Origin: Ramlibacter sp.
GTDB taxonomy: Bacteria > Pseudomonadota > Gammaproteobacteria > Burkholderiales > Burkholderiaceae_C
Direction of reading: 5' to 3'
Length of the DNA: 64,000 nt
Assembly: GCA_019449555.1 (NCBI GenBank)
Contig: JAGRPN010000363.1
Coordinates: forward strand, 2,884-66,883
Shown: positions 12,553 to 23,374 of the stretch, one piece after another
Layout of the letters: every line of letters begins with the position of its first letter
Numbering within the stretch: position 1 is the first letter of the stretch
Program-made: the position numbers and the translations under genes
The notes under the pieces: model-generated
What the model was told of the DNA's origin: nothing
Database searches by the model: none
Seen by the model: only the letters and a program-made list of their open reading frames with translations

Positions 12553-12828
12553 ATGAATCTCCCACGCAATATTCCGAAGGAAACGGGTGAACTCGGCGCC
12601 GTCTGGATCGCCGTTCCCCTGCTTTGGGTGGTCGCCGCGATCGCCGGCCTGCTCATCGTGACGAGCTGGCCGACGCTGCTGGCCGACCCCCTGCCGGCTG
12701 AGATCGGCTCCGCCTCGAGCACGCTGGCGGCCGCACCCGCTCCCGACACCGATCCGTCGGTGCCGGCGGCCAGCACCGTGTTCACGCAGCGCACCTGGGA
12801 AGTCAGCGAGCCCGTGGCTCAGTTCTGA
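12553..12828 (+). CDS. Small hypothetical membrane-anchored protein (91 aa)
   Basis: Strong GGAGG RBS at 12543-12547. One hydrophobic segment and a Pro/Ala-rich tail (DTDPSVPAASTVF...EPVAQF). Confidence 0.65.
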   Translation: MNLPRNIPKETGELGAVWIAVPLLWVVAAIAGLLIVTSWPTLLADPLPAEIGSASSTLAAAPAPDTDPSVPAASTVFTQRTWEVSEPVAQF

Positions 12829-12852
12829 GCGCGGCGCGGCGCGCCCACGTTG

Positions 12853-13776
12853 CTAGCCAGGCGGCGATCCCGCGGCCGCTGACCTCATCTTCAGCGCCGC
12901 GCCATAGAGCTCGTTGCGCGAAGCGCCGGTGATTTCGGCCGCCAGCTTGACCGCGCTCTTGACCGGCAGCTCGGCCAGCAGCAGCCCCAGCACGCGCAGA
13001 CCCTCGTCCGGCTGCGGCGCTTGCGGCGCCGGGTGCAGCACGAGCGCGAATTCGCCGCGGCCGCGCTGCGGATCGGCCGCCAGCCAGCCCGGCAACTCGC
13101 CGCAAGCCAGCGTCGCGACCTCCTCGAACTGCTTGGTCAATTCCCGCGCCACGGTCACCGCGCGCGCGCCGAGCGCCGCGAGCGCAGCGGCCAGCGCGTC
13201 GATGCGGTGCGGCGCCTCCAGCAGCACGACCGCCCGGGTCTCCTGCGCCAACCGGGCGACCGCGGCCTGCCGTTCGCCCGCCTTGGCCGGCAGGAAACCC
13301 GCGAACACGAACGCGCCTTCATCGCCGGCCGCGCCGGCCACGCTCAACGCGGCCGTCACGCTGCTCGCGCCGGGCACCGGCACGACCCGCAAGCCGGCTG
13401 CGCGCACCGCAGCCACCAGGCGCGCCCCCGGGTCGCTCACCGCCGGCGTGCCCGCGTCGCTGGCATAGGCCACCCGCTGCCCTTGCTGCAGGCGCTCGAT
13501 CACGCCTTGCGCGCTCGCGGCTTCGTTGTGCTGGTGCACGGCCAGCCATTGCGCCGGCGCCTTGTCGATGCCATAGGCGCGGAGCAGCGCCTGCGTGTGC
13601 CGCGTGTCTTCGCAGGCGATCGCATCGGCCAGCTGCATTACGTGCAGCGCGCGCAAGCTGATGTCGGCCAGGTTGCCGATCGGCGTGGCGAGGACGTACA
13701 GGGCCCCTTGCGGATAATGCTGCGAGGCCGCCGCGTCGCGTGCGGCGTTCAGGGCTGAAGCAAAAGAAGCGCTCAA
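12853..13776 (-). CDS. rsmI: 16S rRNA (cytidine1402-2'-O)-methyltransferase
   Basis: [56 protein letters not shown] start. Confidence 0.94.
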   Translation of the reverse strand: MSASFASALNAARDAAASQHYPQGALYVLATPIGNLADISLRALHVMQLADAIACEDTRHTQALLRAYGIDKAPAQWLAVHQHNEAASAQGVIERLQQGQRVAYASDAGTPAVSDPGARLVAAVRAAGLRVVPVPGASSVTAALSVAGAAGDEGAFVFAGFLPAKAGERQAAVARLAQETRAVVLLEAPHRIDALAAALAALGARAVTVARELTKQFEEVATLACGELPGWLAADPQRGRGEFALVLHPAPQAPQPDEGLRVLGLLLAELPVKSAVKLAAEITGASRNELYGAALKMRSAAAGSPPG

Positions 13777-14171
13777 TGGAATCCCCTCGCAACAAGAATG
13801 GCGGCGCGCCGTCCGCCACCAGCAAGCAGGCGGGCGACGCGGCCGAGGACCGGGCGCTGGCGCACTTGCTGGCCGCGGGGCTGAAGCTGCTGGCGCGCAA
13901 TTATCGGACGCCCGGACGCGGCGGCGGCGAGATCGACCTCGTCATGCGCGATGCGGGCGGCACGCTGGTGTTCGTCGAAGTGCGCCAGCGCGCCAGCCGC
14001 TCGTTCGGCGGCGCCGCGGGCAGCATCAGCGCCACGAAACGCCGGCGCATCGTCTTTGCCGCCCGCCATTACCTGATGCGCTCGCCCCAGCCACCGCCCT
14101 GCCGCTTCGACGTGGTCAGCGTCGAAGACGACGCGGTCGAGTGGCTGCGCGCGGCGTTCGACGCCTCCTGA
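13776..14171 (+). CDS. yraN: YraN family (UPF0102) putative endonuclease
   Basis: [33 protein letters not shown]. Exact start uncertain. Confidence 0.88.
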   Translation: MESPRNKNGGAPSATSKQAGDAAEDRALAHLLAAGLKLLARNYRTPGRGGGEIDLVMRDAGGTLVFVEVRQRASRSFGGAAGSISATKRRRIVFAARHYLMRSPQPPPCRFDVVSVEDDAVEWLRAAFDAS

Positions 14172-15664
<1,493 letters not shown>

Positions 15665-15682
15665 CGGCGCAGCCGCTCAAGG

Positions 15683-15708
15683 ACAAGGGCTCTCGCGGCC
15701 CTTGTTTT
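15683..15708. terminator. Hairpin between convergent genes, probable intrinsic terminator
   Basis: ACAAGGGC-TCTCGCG-GCCCTTGT followed by TTT. Confidence 0.55.
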
Positions 15709-15723
15709 CACGTTTGCGCAGCC

Positions 15724-16626
15724 TTACCGCAACCGCTTGATCAGGCTGGACGTGTCCCAGCGGCGGCCGCCCATCGCCTGCACCTCGCCGTAGAACTGGT
15801 CGACCAGCGCCGTCACGGGCAGCGTGGCGCCGTTGCGCTTGGCCTCGTCCAGGCACAGGCCCAGGTCCTTGCGCATCCAGTCCACCGCGAAACCGAAATC
15901 GAACTTGCCCTCGATCATGGTCTTGCCGCGGTTGTCCATCTGCCAGCTCTGGGCGGCGCCCTTGCCGATGACTTCGAGCACCTGCACCATGTCCAGCCCG
16001 GCCTTCTGCCCGAAGACGATCGCCTCCGACAGCCCCTGCACCAGTCCGGCGATGGTGATCTGGTTGACCATCTTGGCGAGCTGCCCTGAACCGGCAGCGC
16101 CCAGCAGGGTGAACGCCCGCGCAAAGGCCATGGCGACCGGCTTCGCGGTGTCGAAGGCCGCGGCGTCGCCGCCGCACATCACGGTGAGCAGTCCGTTCTG
16201 CGCCCCCGCCTGGCCGCCCGAGACCGGCGCGTCGACGAACTGCAGGCCGCGCCGGCGGGCTTCCGCATAGAGTTCGCGCGCTACGTTGGCCGAAGCCGTG
16301 GTGTGGTCGATCAGGATGGCGCCGGGCTTCATGCCGGCGAACGCGCCGTCCTCCCCGAGCACGACCGAGCGCAGGTCCTCGTCGTTGCCCACGCAGCAGA
16401 AGACCAGGTCGCGGCCGGCGCAGGCCTCGCGCGGCGTCGGCGCGGCGCGGCCCTTGAATTCGCCGGTCCACGCCTGCCCCTTGGCGGGGCTGCGGTTGTA
16501 CACCGTCACGTCATGGCCGGCCAGCGCCAGGTGCCCGGCCATGGGAAAGCCCATCACGCCCAGGCCAAGGAAGGCGACCTTGCGTGCAGGGGTGGATTCG
16601 TAACTCTTGGGATTGGTTGAAGCCAT
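15724..16626 (-). CDS. NAD(P)-dependent oxidoreductase, 3-hydroxyisobutyrate dehydrogenase / tartronate semialdehyde reductase family
   Basis: FLGLGVMGFPMAGHL, VYNRS, DAPVSGGQAGA, KMVNQ, KDLGL. Confidence 0.88.
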   Translation of the reverse strand: MASTNPKSYESTPARKVAFLGLGVMGFPMAGHLALAGHDVTVYNRSPAKGQAWTGEFKGRAAPTPREACAGRDLVFCCVGNDEDLRSVVLGEDGAFAGMKPGAILIDHTTASANVARELYAEARRRGLQFVDAPVSGGQAGAQNGLLTVMCGGDAAAFDTAKPVAMAFARAFTLLGAAGSGQLAKMVNQITIAGLVQGLSEAIVFGQKAGLDMVQVLEVIGKGAAQSWQMDNRGKTMIEGKFDFGFAVDWMRKDLGLCLDEAKRNGATLPVTALVDQFYGEVQAMGGRRWDTSSLIKRLR

Positions 16627-16690
16627 GCCGCACTTCTCCGGTGTTGAAACCCGCCGATTCTAGGCGGCGCGCACCTGCGGGGCTGCGCCC

Positions 16691-16707
16691 CTAATGCAAT
16701 CCTGATG
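16691..16707 (+). promoter_or_regulatory. Candidate OmpR-family (KdpE) direct-repeat site upstream of the kdpD-like gene
   Basis: CTAATGCAATCCTGATG, hexamers 11 bp apart, 13/17 identical to 19125-19141. Confidence 0.45.
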
Positions 16708-16732
16708 TGCGCGGTGGTAGTCTGCCGCCATC

Positions 16733-18226
16733 ATGAGCGAACAAGCCGTTGCAGCAGGCAAGGCCCGGGGCGTCAATCACTGGTGGGTCGTTTTCGGACT
16801 GCTCGCGGTGGCCACCGTCGCCGGCCTCGTCTTCGACCGGTACCTCACGCTGACCAGCCAGGCGATGCTGTTCGTCCTCGTGGTCGTGCTGGTGTCGTAC
16901 ACCATGCCCTGGGTTCCTTCCCTGTTCTGTGCGGTGGCGGCCGTTACGCTGCTGAACTTTTTCTTTATCCCGCCGCGCCTGACCTTCGAGGTCGATGCGC
17001 AGGAAAACGTGATCGCGCTGTTCACGATGCTCGCGGTAGCGCTGGTCATCAGCCATCTAGGCACTGCGCTGCGGAGCAAGACGGAGGCGGCCCACCTGAA
17101 TGCAAAGCGGGCGCGCCAGCTGCAGGAACTCGCGGTCGAGCTGGGCGGAGCCAACCTGCCGGCCGAAGTCCTGCTGCTGGCCCAGCGCTTCCTGGGCCGG
17201 GCGTTCACCGGTCCTTGCGTGGTCGCCCTGGTCGTGGACGGGCAGCTTCAATTGAGCGAGGAGGAAGCTCCGCTGTACCGGGACGGCATGCAGGCGTGCA
17301 TGCGCGAAGCCGCGACCCTGGGGCCCGGAACCGGCCGCTGGCCAGGCCTCGATGCGTGGTACATCCCGCTGGGCGTCAAGGGGCAGATCGGCGGCGCCGC
17401 CTGCGTGCGCAACGTCTCTTCCTACGACCACAGCGGCCGCGAACACGCGCAGGCCTTGTGCAGCCTCGCAGGGCAGGCGTTGTGGCGACTGAAACTGACG
17501 GCCTCCATGCAGGCCGCGCAGCAGGAATCGCAGCGGCACCTGGTGCAAAGCACGTTCCTCGCAGCCATTTCGCACGACTTTCGCACGCCGCTCGCGGCCA
17601 TCGTCGGCGCGGCCTCCTCGCTGCAGACGCAGCGGGACAAGCTCGCGCCGGCGGAGCAGGATCGCCTGGTGCGCAGCATCGTCAGCGAGGCGCAGTACCT
17701 CTCGACATTCGCGGAGAACACGCTGCAGCTCGTGCGGCTCGGGAACCTCGGGCAGTTGAACCTCGACTGGCAGTCGATGGAGGAAATCGTGGGCTCCGTG
17801 CTCGCCCGCGTGCGCCAGCGGGACCCGGCCCGCCGCATCAAGTCCAGGGTGCCGCCCGACCTGCCGCTGATCAAGGCCGACCCGGTGCTGCTCACGCAAC
17901 TGCTGGAGAACCTGCTGGACAACGCGCTGAAATACAGCTCGGAGGCGATCGAGCTCGTGGCGGGCCGGGGCGACCACCACCTCGAAGTCGCGGTGCAGGA
18001 TCGGGGGCCGGGCATCCCGCCGGAACTGGAGCACCTCATTTTCGAGCCCTATCGCCGCGACGACCACTCCGGCCAACGCGGCGCGGGCCTGGGGCTCGCG
18101 GTGTGCAGGGCCATTGCGCGGGCTCATGGCGGCAGCCTCGTTTTCCAGCGGCGCGAGGGCGGCGGCAGCAGCTTCGTGCTGAGCCTGCCCATCGAGGTGG
18201 TGCAGCCCGCCCGTGAGGCCGCATGA
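16733..18226 (+). CDS. kdpD: KdpD-like sensor histidine kinase, short form (DUF4118-type TM domain plus kinase)
   Basis: LNFFFIPPRLTF in a 4-TM region, H-box AISHDFRTPL, NLLDNALKY, DRGPGIP, GAGLGLAVC. Lacks the long cytoplasmic N-terminal KdpD/USP region. Confidence 0.8.
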   Translation: MSEQAVAAGKARGVNHWWVVFGLLAVATVAGLVFDRYLTLTSQAMLFVLVVVLVSYTMPWVPSLFCAVAAVTLLNFFFIPPRLTFEVDAQENVIALFTMLAVALVISHLGTALRSKTEAAHLNAKRARQLQELAVELGGANLPAEVLLLAQRFLGRAFTGPCVVALVVDGQLQLSEEEAPLYRDGMQACMREAATLGPGTGRWPGLDAWYIPLGVKGQIGGAACVRNVSSYDHSGREHAQALCSLAGQALWRLKLTASMQAAQQESQRHLVQSTFLAAISHDFRTPLAAIVGAASSLQTQRDKLAPAEQDRLVRSIVSEAQYLSTFAENTLQLVRLGNLGQLNLDWQSMEEIVGSVLARVRQRDPARRIKSRVPPDLPLIKADPVLLTQLLENLLDNALKYSSEAIELVAGRGDHHLEVAVQDRGPGIPPELEHLIFEPYRRDDHSGQRGAGLGLAVCRAIARAHGGSLVFQRREGGGSSFVLSLPIEVVQPAREAA

Positions 18227-18428
18227 AGCGAAGGGCGAGGCAGCGCCGGAGCGTGGCGCCTCGGTACGTGCGCAGTGGAGGCGCTGCGATGATTCGGCTA
18301 CGCGGAGCAGCTACGCAGGCTCTGCCTCTGCGCCGAATCCCCGCTTGCGGGGATCGACCAGCGCAATGCGGCCACAGCCTCCGACGCCAGGACTGCCGGG
18401 AGGCCAGCACAGCACCGGAGGAGGCGGC
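18227..18428. repeat. Palindrome-rich element between kdpD and kdpE, flanked by a near-perfect 12-bp direct repeat
   Basis: GAGGCCGCATGA 18215-18226 versus GAGGCGGCATGA 18421-18432. Stems GCAGCGCC/GGCGCTGC (18240-18287) and ATCCCCGC-TT-GCGGGGAT (18337-18354). Confidence 0.55.
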
Positions 18429-19115
18429 ATGAGCCTGCGCGTGCTGGTGGTCGAAGACGACCGCGAGTTGCGCTCGATGATGCGCTCGACGCTGGCCGTG
18501 GAAGGCTTCGAAGTGCAGACAGCGGTCTCCGTCAGCGAAGCGCGCGCGCTGCTGCGGCATGCCACGCCCGACGTCATCCTGCTCGATCTCGGCCTGCCGG
18601 ACGGCGACGGATCGGAACTGGTGCGGGAAGTGAGAAGGCAGCACTCGCTGCCCATCCTGATCGTCTCGGCCCGTCACCAGGAAGCCGAGAAGATCAAGCT
18701 GCTCGACGCCGGTGCGGACGACTACCTCACGAAACCGTTCAATGTCGGCGAATTGCTCGCGCGCATCCGGGTGGCGCTGCGGCATCGGGGCACCGCACTC
18801 GCGGCAGGGGAGACCACGCACGAAGTAGGCGACCTCCACGTGGACCTGAACGAACACCTGGTGGAGGTGAAAGGCGAGCCGGTCCACCTCACACCGACCG
18901 AATTCAAGCTGCTCGCCCGGCTGGTGCGCAGCGCCGGCAAGGTCGTCACGCATCGCCAGCTGCTCGCGGACGTGTGGGGCTCCGAATTCACGGAGCACAC
19001 CCACTACCTGCGCCTCTACATGGGGCAACTGCGCGCCAAGATCGAGGAAGACCCCGCCGAGCCCAGGCACCTGCTGACCGAAACCGGGGTGGGCTACCGG
19101 CTGGCAGCCGCCTGA
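18429..19115 (+). CDS. kdpE: KdpE-like OmpR-family response regulator
   Basis: LDLGLPDGDG, VSARHQEAEKIKLLDAGADDYLTKPF, THYLRLYMGQLRAKIEEDPAEPRHLLTETGVGYR. Confidence 0.92.
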   Translation: MSLRVLVVEDDRELRSMMRSTLAVEGFEVQTAVSVSEARALLRHATPDVILLDLGLPDGDGSELVREVRRQHSLPILIVSARHQEAEKIKLLDAGADDYLTKPFNVGELLARIRVALRHRGTALAAGETTHEVGDLHVDLNEHLVEVKGEPVHLTPTEFKLLARLVRSAGKVVTHRQLLADVWGSEFTEHTHYLRLYMGQLRAKIEEDPAEPRHLLTETGVGYRLAAA

Positions 19116-19124
19116 GCCGTGTTC

Positions 19125-19141
19125 CATATGCTTTCCTGATG
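19125..19141 (+). promoter_or_regulatory. Candidate KdpE site upstream of kup
   Basis: CATATGCTTTCCTGATG, 13/17 identical to the site upstream of kdpD. Confidence 0.45.
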
Positions 19142-19187
19142 CGGCATCAGCCAGACTGCCGCCTTGTCTGGCTTCGTGCGGAAGGCG

Positions 19188-21071
19188 ATGGCAACAACAA
19201 TGACCGTGGCACGGGAAAGCCGCGCCGCCATGACGATAGGCGCCCTCGGCGTCGTCTACGGCGATATCGGAACGAGTCCCCTGTACACCATGAGGGAGGT
19301 CTTCAACCCCGAGCACGCGGTTGCGCTCGACCCGCAGCACCTCATCGGAGCCGTTTCCGTCATCTTCTGGGGCCTGATGCTGGTGGTCACGCTGAAATAC
19401 GTGATCCTCATCCTGCGCGCCGACAACCGCGGCGAGGGCGGCATCATGGCGCTGACGGCGCTGGCCTCCAAGGCGGCCGGCGCCACGCCGAAGCGCCGCA
19501 TGGTGCTGCTGCTGGTGGGCGTCTTCGGAGGCTCGCTCTTCTATGGCGACAGCGTCATCACGCCGGCGATCTCCGTGCTCAGCGCGGTGGAAGGCCTCGA
19601 GGTGGCGACGCCCGCGTTCAAGCCTTACGTGCTGCCGATTTCCATCGGCGTGCTGATCGGCCTGTTTGCGGTGCAACGCTTGGGCACCGGCGTGGTCGGC
19701 AAGCTGTTTGGTCCGGTGATCGGCCTGTGGTTCGTCGTGCTGGCCACGACGGGGCTGGTCCAGATCACCGAACGGCCGGAAATCCTGGCCGCACTGAATC
19801 CGCTGCACGCACTCGGGTTCATGCGCGAGCAGGGGTTGCATTTCTTCGTCGTGCTGGGATCGATCGTGCTGGCCTTCACGGGCGCCGAGGCCCTGTACGC
19901 CGACCTCGGCCACTTCGGCAAGCGGCCCATCCAGATCGCCTGGATGGGGCTCGTGCTGCCGGCGCTGGCCATCAACTACATGGGCCAGGCGGCGCTCCTG
20001 ATGCGGGACCCCTCGGCCCTGGAGAACCCGTTCTTCCGCCTGTTCCCGCCGGTGCTCCTGATCCCGGCGGTGGTGCTGGCGACGGTGGCCACCATCATCG
20101 CCTCGCAGGCGGTCATCACCGGCGCGTACTCGATGACCAAGCAGGTCATCCAGCTCGGATTGCTGCCGCGGATGCACGTGCTGTACACGTCGGAAAAGGA
20201 GATCGGCCAGATCTACATCCCCCTCGTGAACTGGCTCCTGCTGGCGGCCGTGCTGCTCGCCGTCCTCGGCTTCGGCAGTTCGTCGGCGCTCGCCTCGGCT
20301 TACGGCATCGCCGTGACCGTCACGATGTTCACGACCACGCTGCTCACGTTCTTCGTGCTGCGCTACGACTGGCGCTACCCGGTGTCGTTCGCGCTCGCCG
20401 CCACGAGCGTGTTCCTCGGCCTGGACCTGGTGCTGGTCATCGCCTGCTCCCTGAAATTCCTGCAGGGCGGCTGGTTTCCGCTGGCGCTCGGGATTGCCCT
20501 GTTCACCGTGATGGCGAGCTGGCGCCGCGGCCGGGAGCTGCTCCTGGAGAGCATCGGCCAGGGCGACCCCGACCTCGTTCCGTTCCTGCAGGCGCTTGCG
20601 GCCGAAGACGTGAAGCGCGCCCAGCGCACGGCCGTGTATGCGGTTGCAAGCCCGAACACGGTGCCGCAGGCGCTGCTGCACAACCTGAAGCACAACGAGG
20701 TGCTGCACGAGCGCAACCTGATCCTGACGGTGGTGTTCCACGACGTGCCCTGGATCGGCGAGGCGCACCGCGTTTCGGTCGAAGCGCTGGCCCCGGGTTT
20801 CTGGCGCGTGCAGGTGAACTACGGGTTCAAGGACACCCCGGACATCCCGAAGGCGCTGGCGAGCTGCCGGTCGGAGAAGCTGCCGATCGACCTGTTCGAG
20901 ACCACCTACTTCCTCAGCCGCGAAACCATCATCCCCACCCGCAAGGCAGGCATGGCGCGCTGGCGCGAAGGGCTGTTCGCCTTCATGTCGCGCAATGCCG
21001 GGAACGTGGCGGACTTCCTTCGCCTGCCGAACAACTGCGTGATCGAGCTGGGAACGCGCGTGCAGATCTGA
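19188..21071 (+). CDS. kup: KUP/HAK/KT potassium transporter
   Basis: [56 protein letters not shown]. Confidence 0.95.
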   Translation: MATTMTVARESRAAMTIGALGVVYGDIGTSPLYTMREVFNPEHAVALDPQHLIGAVSVIFWGLMLVVTLKYVILILRADNRGEGGIMALTALASKAAGATPKRRMVLLLVGVFGGSLFYGDSVITPAISVLSAVEGLEVATPAFKPYVLPISIGVLIGLFAVQRLGTGVVGKLFGPVIGLWFVVLATTGLVQITERPEILAALNPLHALGFMREQGLHFFVVLGSIVLAFTGAEALYADLGHFGKRPIQIAWMGLVLPALAINYMGQAALLMRDPSALENPFFRLFPPVLLIPAVVLATVATIIASQAVITGAYSMTKQVIQLGLLPRMHVLYTSEKEIGQIYIPLVNWLLLAAVLLAVLGFGSSSALASAYGIAVTVTMFTTTLLTFFVLRYDWRYPVSFALAATSVFLGLDLVLVIACSLKFLQGGWFPLALGIALFTVMASWRRGRELLLESIGQGDPDLVPFLQALAAEDVKRAQRTAVYAVASPNTVPQALLHNLKHNEVLHERNLILTVVFHDVPWIGEAHRVSVEALAPGFWRVQVNYGFKDTPDIPKALASCRSEKLPIDLFETTYFLSRETIIPTRKAGMARWREGLFAFMSRNAGNVADFLRLPNNCVIELGTRVQI

Positions 21072-21090
21072 CTCGCAGCGCTCCCCGGTA

Positions 21091-22227
21091 TCAGACGATG
21101 GCGAAATGTTCCGTGCCGGCCGACAGGTCCTGCGACTTGGCGCGCTGCGAATTGAGCTTGATCTGCAGGCGCAGGTCGTTGAGCGAGTCGGCGTTGCGCA
21201 GCGCGTCCTCGTACGTGATGATGTTGCTCTCGTACATGTCGTAGAGCGCCTGGTCGAACGTCTGCATGCCCAGGTTGCGGCTCTTCTTCATGATCTCCTT
21301 GATCTCGGACACCTCGCCCTTGAAGATCAGGTCCGACACCAGCGGCGTGTTCAGCATGATCTCCACCGCGGCGGCGCGGCCCTTGCCGTCCTGCTTGGGC
21401 ACCAGCCGCTGCGACACGAAAGCCTTGAGGTTGAGCGACAGGTCCATCAGCAGCTGCGCGCGCCGCTCCTCGGGAAAGAAGTTGATCACGCGGTCGAGCG
21501 CCTGGTTGGCGCTGTTGGCGTGCAGCGTGGCCAGGCACAGGTGGCCGGTTTCCGCGAACGCGATCGCGTGCTCCATGGTTTCACGGTCGCGGATTTCGCC
21601 CATCAGGATCACGTCGGGCGCCTGGCGCAGCGTGTTCTTCAGCGCCGCCTCCCAGCTGTCGGTGTCCAGGCCGACCTCGCGTTGCGTCACGACGCAGTTC
21701 TTGTGCGGGTGCACGAATTCCACCGGGTCCTCGATCGTGATGATGTGGCCCTGCGAGTTCTCGTTGCGCCAGTCGACCATGGCGGCCAGGCTGGTGGACT
21801 TGCCCGAACCGGTCGCGCCCACCAGGATCGTGAGGCCGCGCTTGGTCATGACCACGTCCTTGAGCACCTGCGGCAGCCCCAGGCCGTCGATGGTCGGCAG
21901 CACCTGCGGGATCACGCGCAGCACCATGCCGACCTTGGCCTGCTGCACGAACGCGTTGACCCGGAAGCGGCCGATGCCCGGCGGAGAAATCGCGAAGTTG
22001 CACTCCTTGGTGCGTTCGAATTCGGCCGCCTGCTTGTCGTTCATGATCGAGCGCGCCAGCGCCAGCGTGTGGCCGGCGTTGAGCGGCTGCGGCGACACCT
22101 TGGTGATCCTGCCGTCGACCTTGATCGCGGGCGGGAAGTCGCCGGTGATGAACAGGTCGCTGCCGTTGCGACTGACCATCAGCTTGAGCAGGTCATTGAT
22201 GAATTTGGTGGCCTGGTCGCGTTCCAT
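21091..22227 (-). CDS. pilU: Type IV pilus retraction ATPase PilU
   Basis: GATGSGKSTS, TIEDPVEF, LRQAPDVILMGEIRD, TLHANSANQALDR, GMQTFDQ. Confidence 0.93.
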   Translation of the reverse strand: MERDQATKFINDLLKLMVSRNGSDLFITGDFPPAIKVDGRITKVSPQPLNAGHTLALARSIMNDKQAAEFERTKECNFAISPPGIGRFRVNAFVQQAKVGMVLRVIPQVLPTIDGLGLPQVLKDVVMTKRGLTILVGATGSGKSTSLAAMVDWRNENSQGHIITIEDPVEFVHPHKNCVVTQREVGLDTDSWEAALKNTLRQAPDVILMGEIRDRETMEHAIAFAETGHLCLATLHANSANQALDRVINFFPEERRAQLLMDLSLNLKAFVSQRLVPKQDGKGRAAAVEIMLNTPLVSDLIFKGEVSEIKEIMKKSRNLGMQTFDQALYDMYESNIITYEDALRNADSLNDLRLQIKLNSQRAKSQDLSAGTEHFAIV

Positions 22228-22287
22228 GACGGTCCTTCACGTGCGTTGCTCGGGGGCTCGATTCTGCCGGTTGTCGCTGTTCGGGCC

Positions 22288-23331
22288 TCAGCCCGGGAAG
22301 TTCTCGGGGATCTTGGCCTTGCTGCGGGCTTCGGCGGCGCTGATCACGTTGCGCTTGACGAGGTCCAGCAGGTTCTGGTCGAGCGTCTGCATGCCGAAGT
22401 TGTTGCCGGTCTGGATCGCCGAATACATCTGGGCGACCTTGGCCTCGCGGATCAGGTTGCGGATGGCCGACGTGCCGATCATGATTTCGTGCGCCGCCAC
22501 CCGGCCGCTGCCGTCCTTGGTCTTGCACAAGGTCTGCGAGATCACGGCCTGCAGCGATTCGGACAGCATCGCGCGGATCATTTCCTTTTCTTCCGCGGGG
22601 AACACGTCGATGATCCGGTCGATCGTCTTGGCCGCACTGGACGTGTGCAGCGTTCCGAACACCAGGTGCCCGGTTTCCGCCGCGGTCATCGCCAGCCGGA
22701 TGGTCTCCAGGTCGCGCATTTCACCCACCAGGATCGCGTCCGGGTCTTCGCGCAGCGCGGACCTCAGTGCGGCGGCGAACGACAGGGTCATCGCCCCCAC
22801 TTCGCGCTGGTTGATCAGGCATTTCTTGGATTCGTGCACGAACTCGATCGGGTCTTCCACCGTGAGGATGTGGCCGTATTCGGTTTCGTTCAGGTAATTG
22901 ACCATCGCGGCCAGCGTGGTGGATTTGCCCGAGCCGGTCGGCCCGGTCACCAGCACCATGCCGCGCGGCTTGAGCGCCAGCTCGCCGAAGATCTTGGGCG
23001 CGTTCAGCTGCTCGAGCGTCAGGATCTTGGAGGGGATGGTGCGGAACACCGCGCCGGCGCCGCGGTTCTGGTTGAAGGCATTGACACGGAAGCGCGCGAG
23101 GCCCTCGATCTCGAACGAGAAGTCCACTTCCAGGAATTCCTCGTAGTTCTTGCGCTGGGTGTCGTTCATGATGTCGTACACCATGGCGTGCACCTGTTTG
23201 TGGTCCAGCGGGTCCACGTTGATGCGCCGCACGTCGCCGTGCACGCGGATCATCGGGGGCAGGCCGGCGGACAAATGCAGATCGGACGCCTTGTTCTTGA
23301 CGCTGAATGCAAGCAGCTGGGTAATATCCAC
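22288..23331 (-). CDS. pilT: Type IV pilus retraction ATPase PilT
   Basis: MDITQLLAFSVKNKASDLHLSAG, GPTGSGKSTT, LREDPD, AIRNLIRE. Confidence 0.96.
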   Translation of the reverse strand: MDITQLLAFSVKNKASDLHLSAGLPPMIRVHGDVRRINVDPLDHKQVHAMVYDIMNDTQRKNYEEFLEVDFSFEIEGLARFRVNAFNQNRGAGAVFRTIPSKILTLEQLNAPKIFGELALKPRGMVLVTGPTGSGKSTTLAAMVNYLNETEYGHILTVEDPIEFVHESKKCLINQREVGAMTLSFAAALRSALREDPDAILVGEMRDLETIRLAMTAAETGHLVFGTLHTSSAAKTIDRIIDVFPAEEKEMIRAMLSESLQAVISQTLCKTKDGSGRVAAHEIMIGTSAIRNLIREAKVAQMYSAIQTGNNFGMQTLDQNLLDLVKRNVISAAEARSKAKIPENFPG

Positions 23332-23374
23332 GAGTCCCCTTTTTTTGTAACGCGTTCAGGTTCGCCGGTTAATT

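Noticed and set aside
18213-18428. 72-aa in-frame N-terminal extension of KdpE
   Set aside because: ATG 18429 has a strong GGAGGAGG RBS and starts the receiver domain. The extension is only the inserted element read through.
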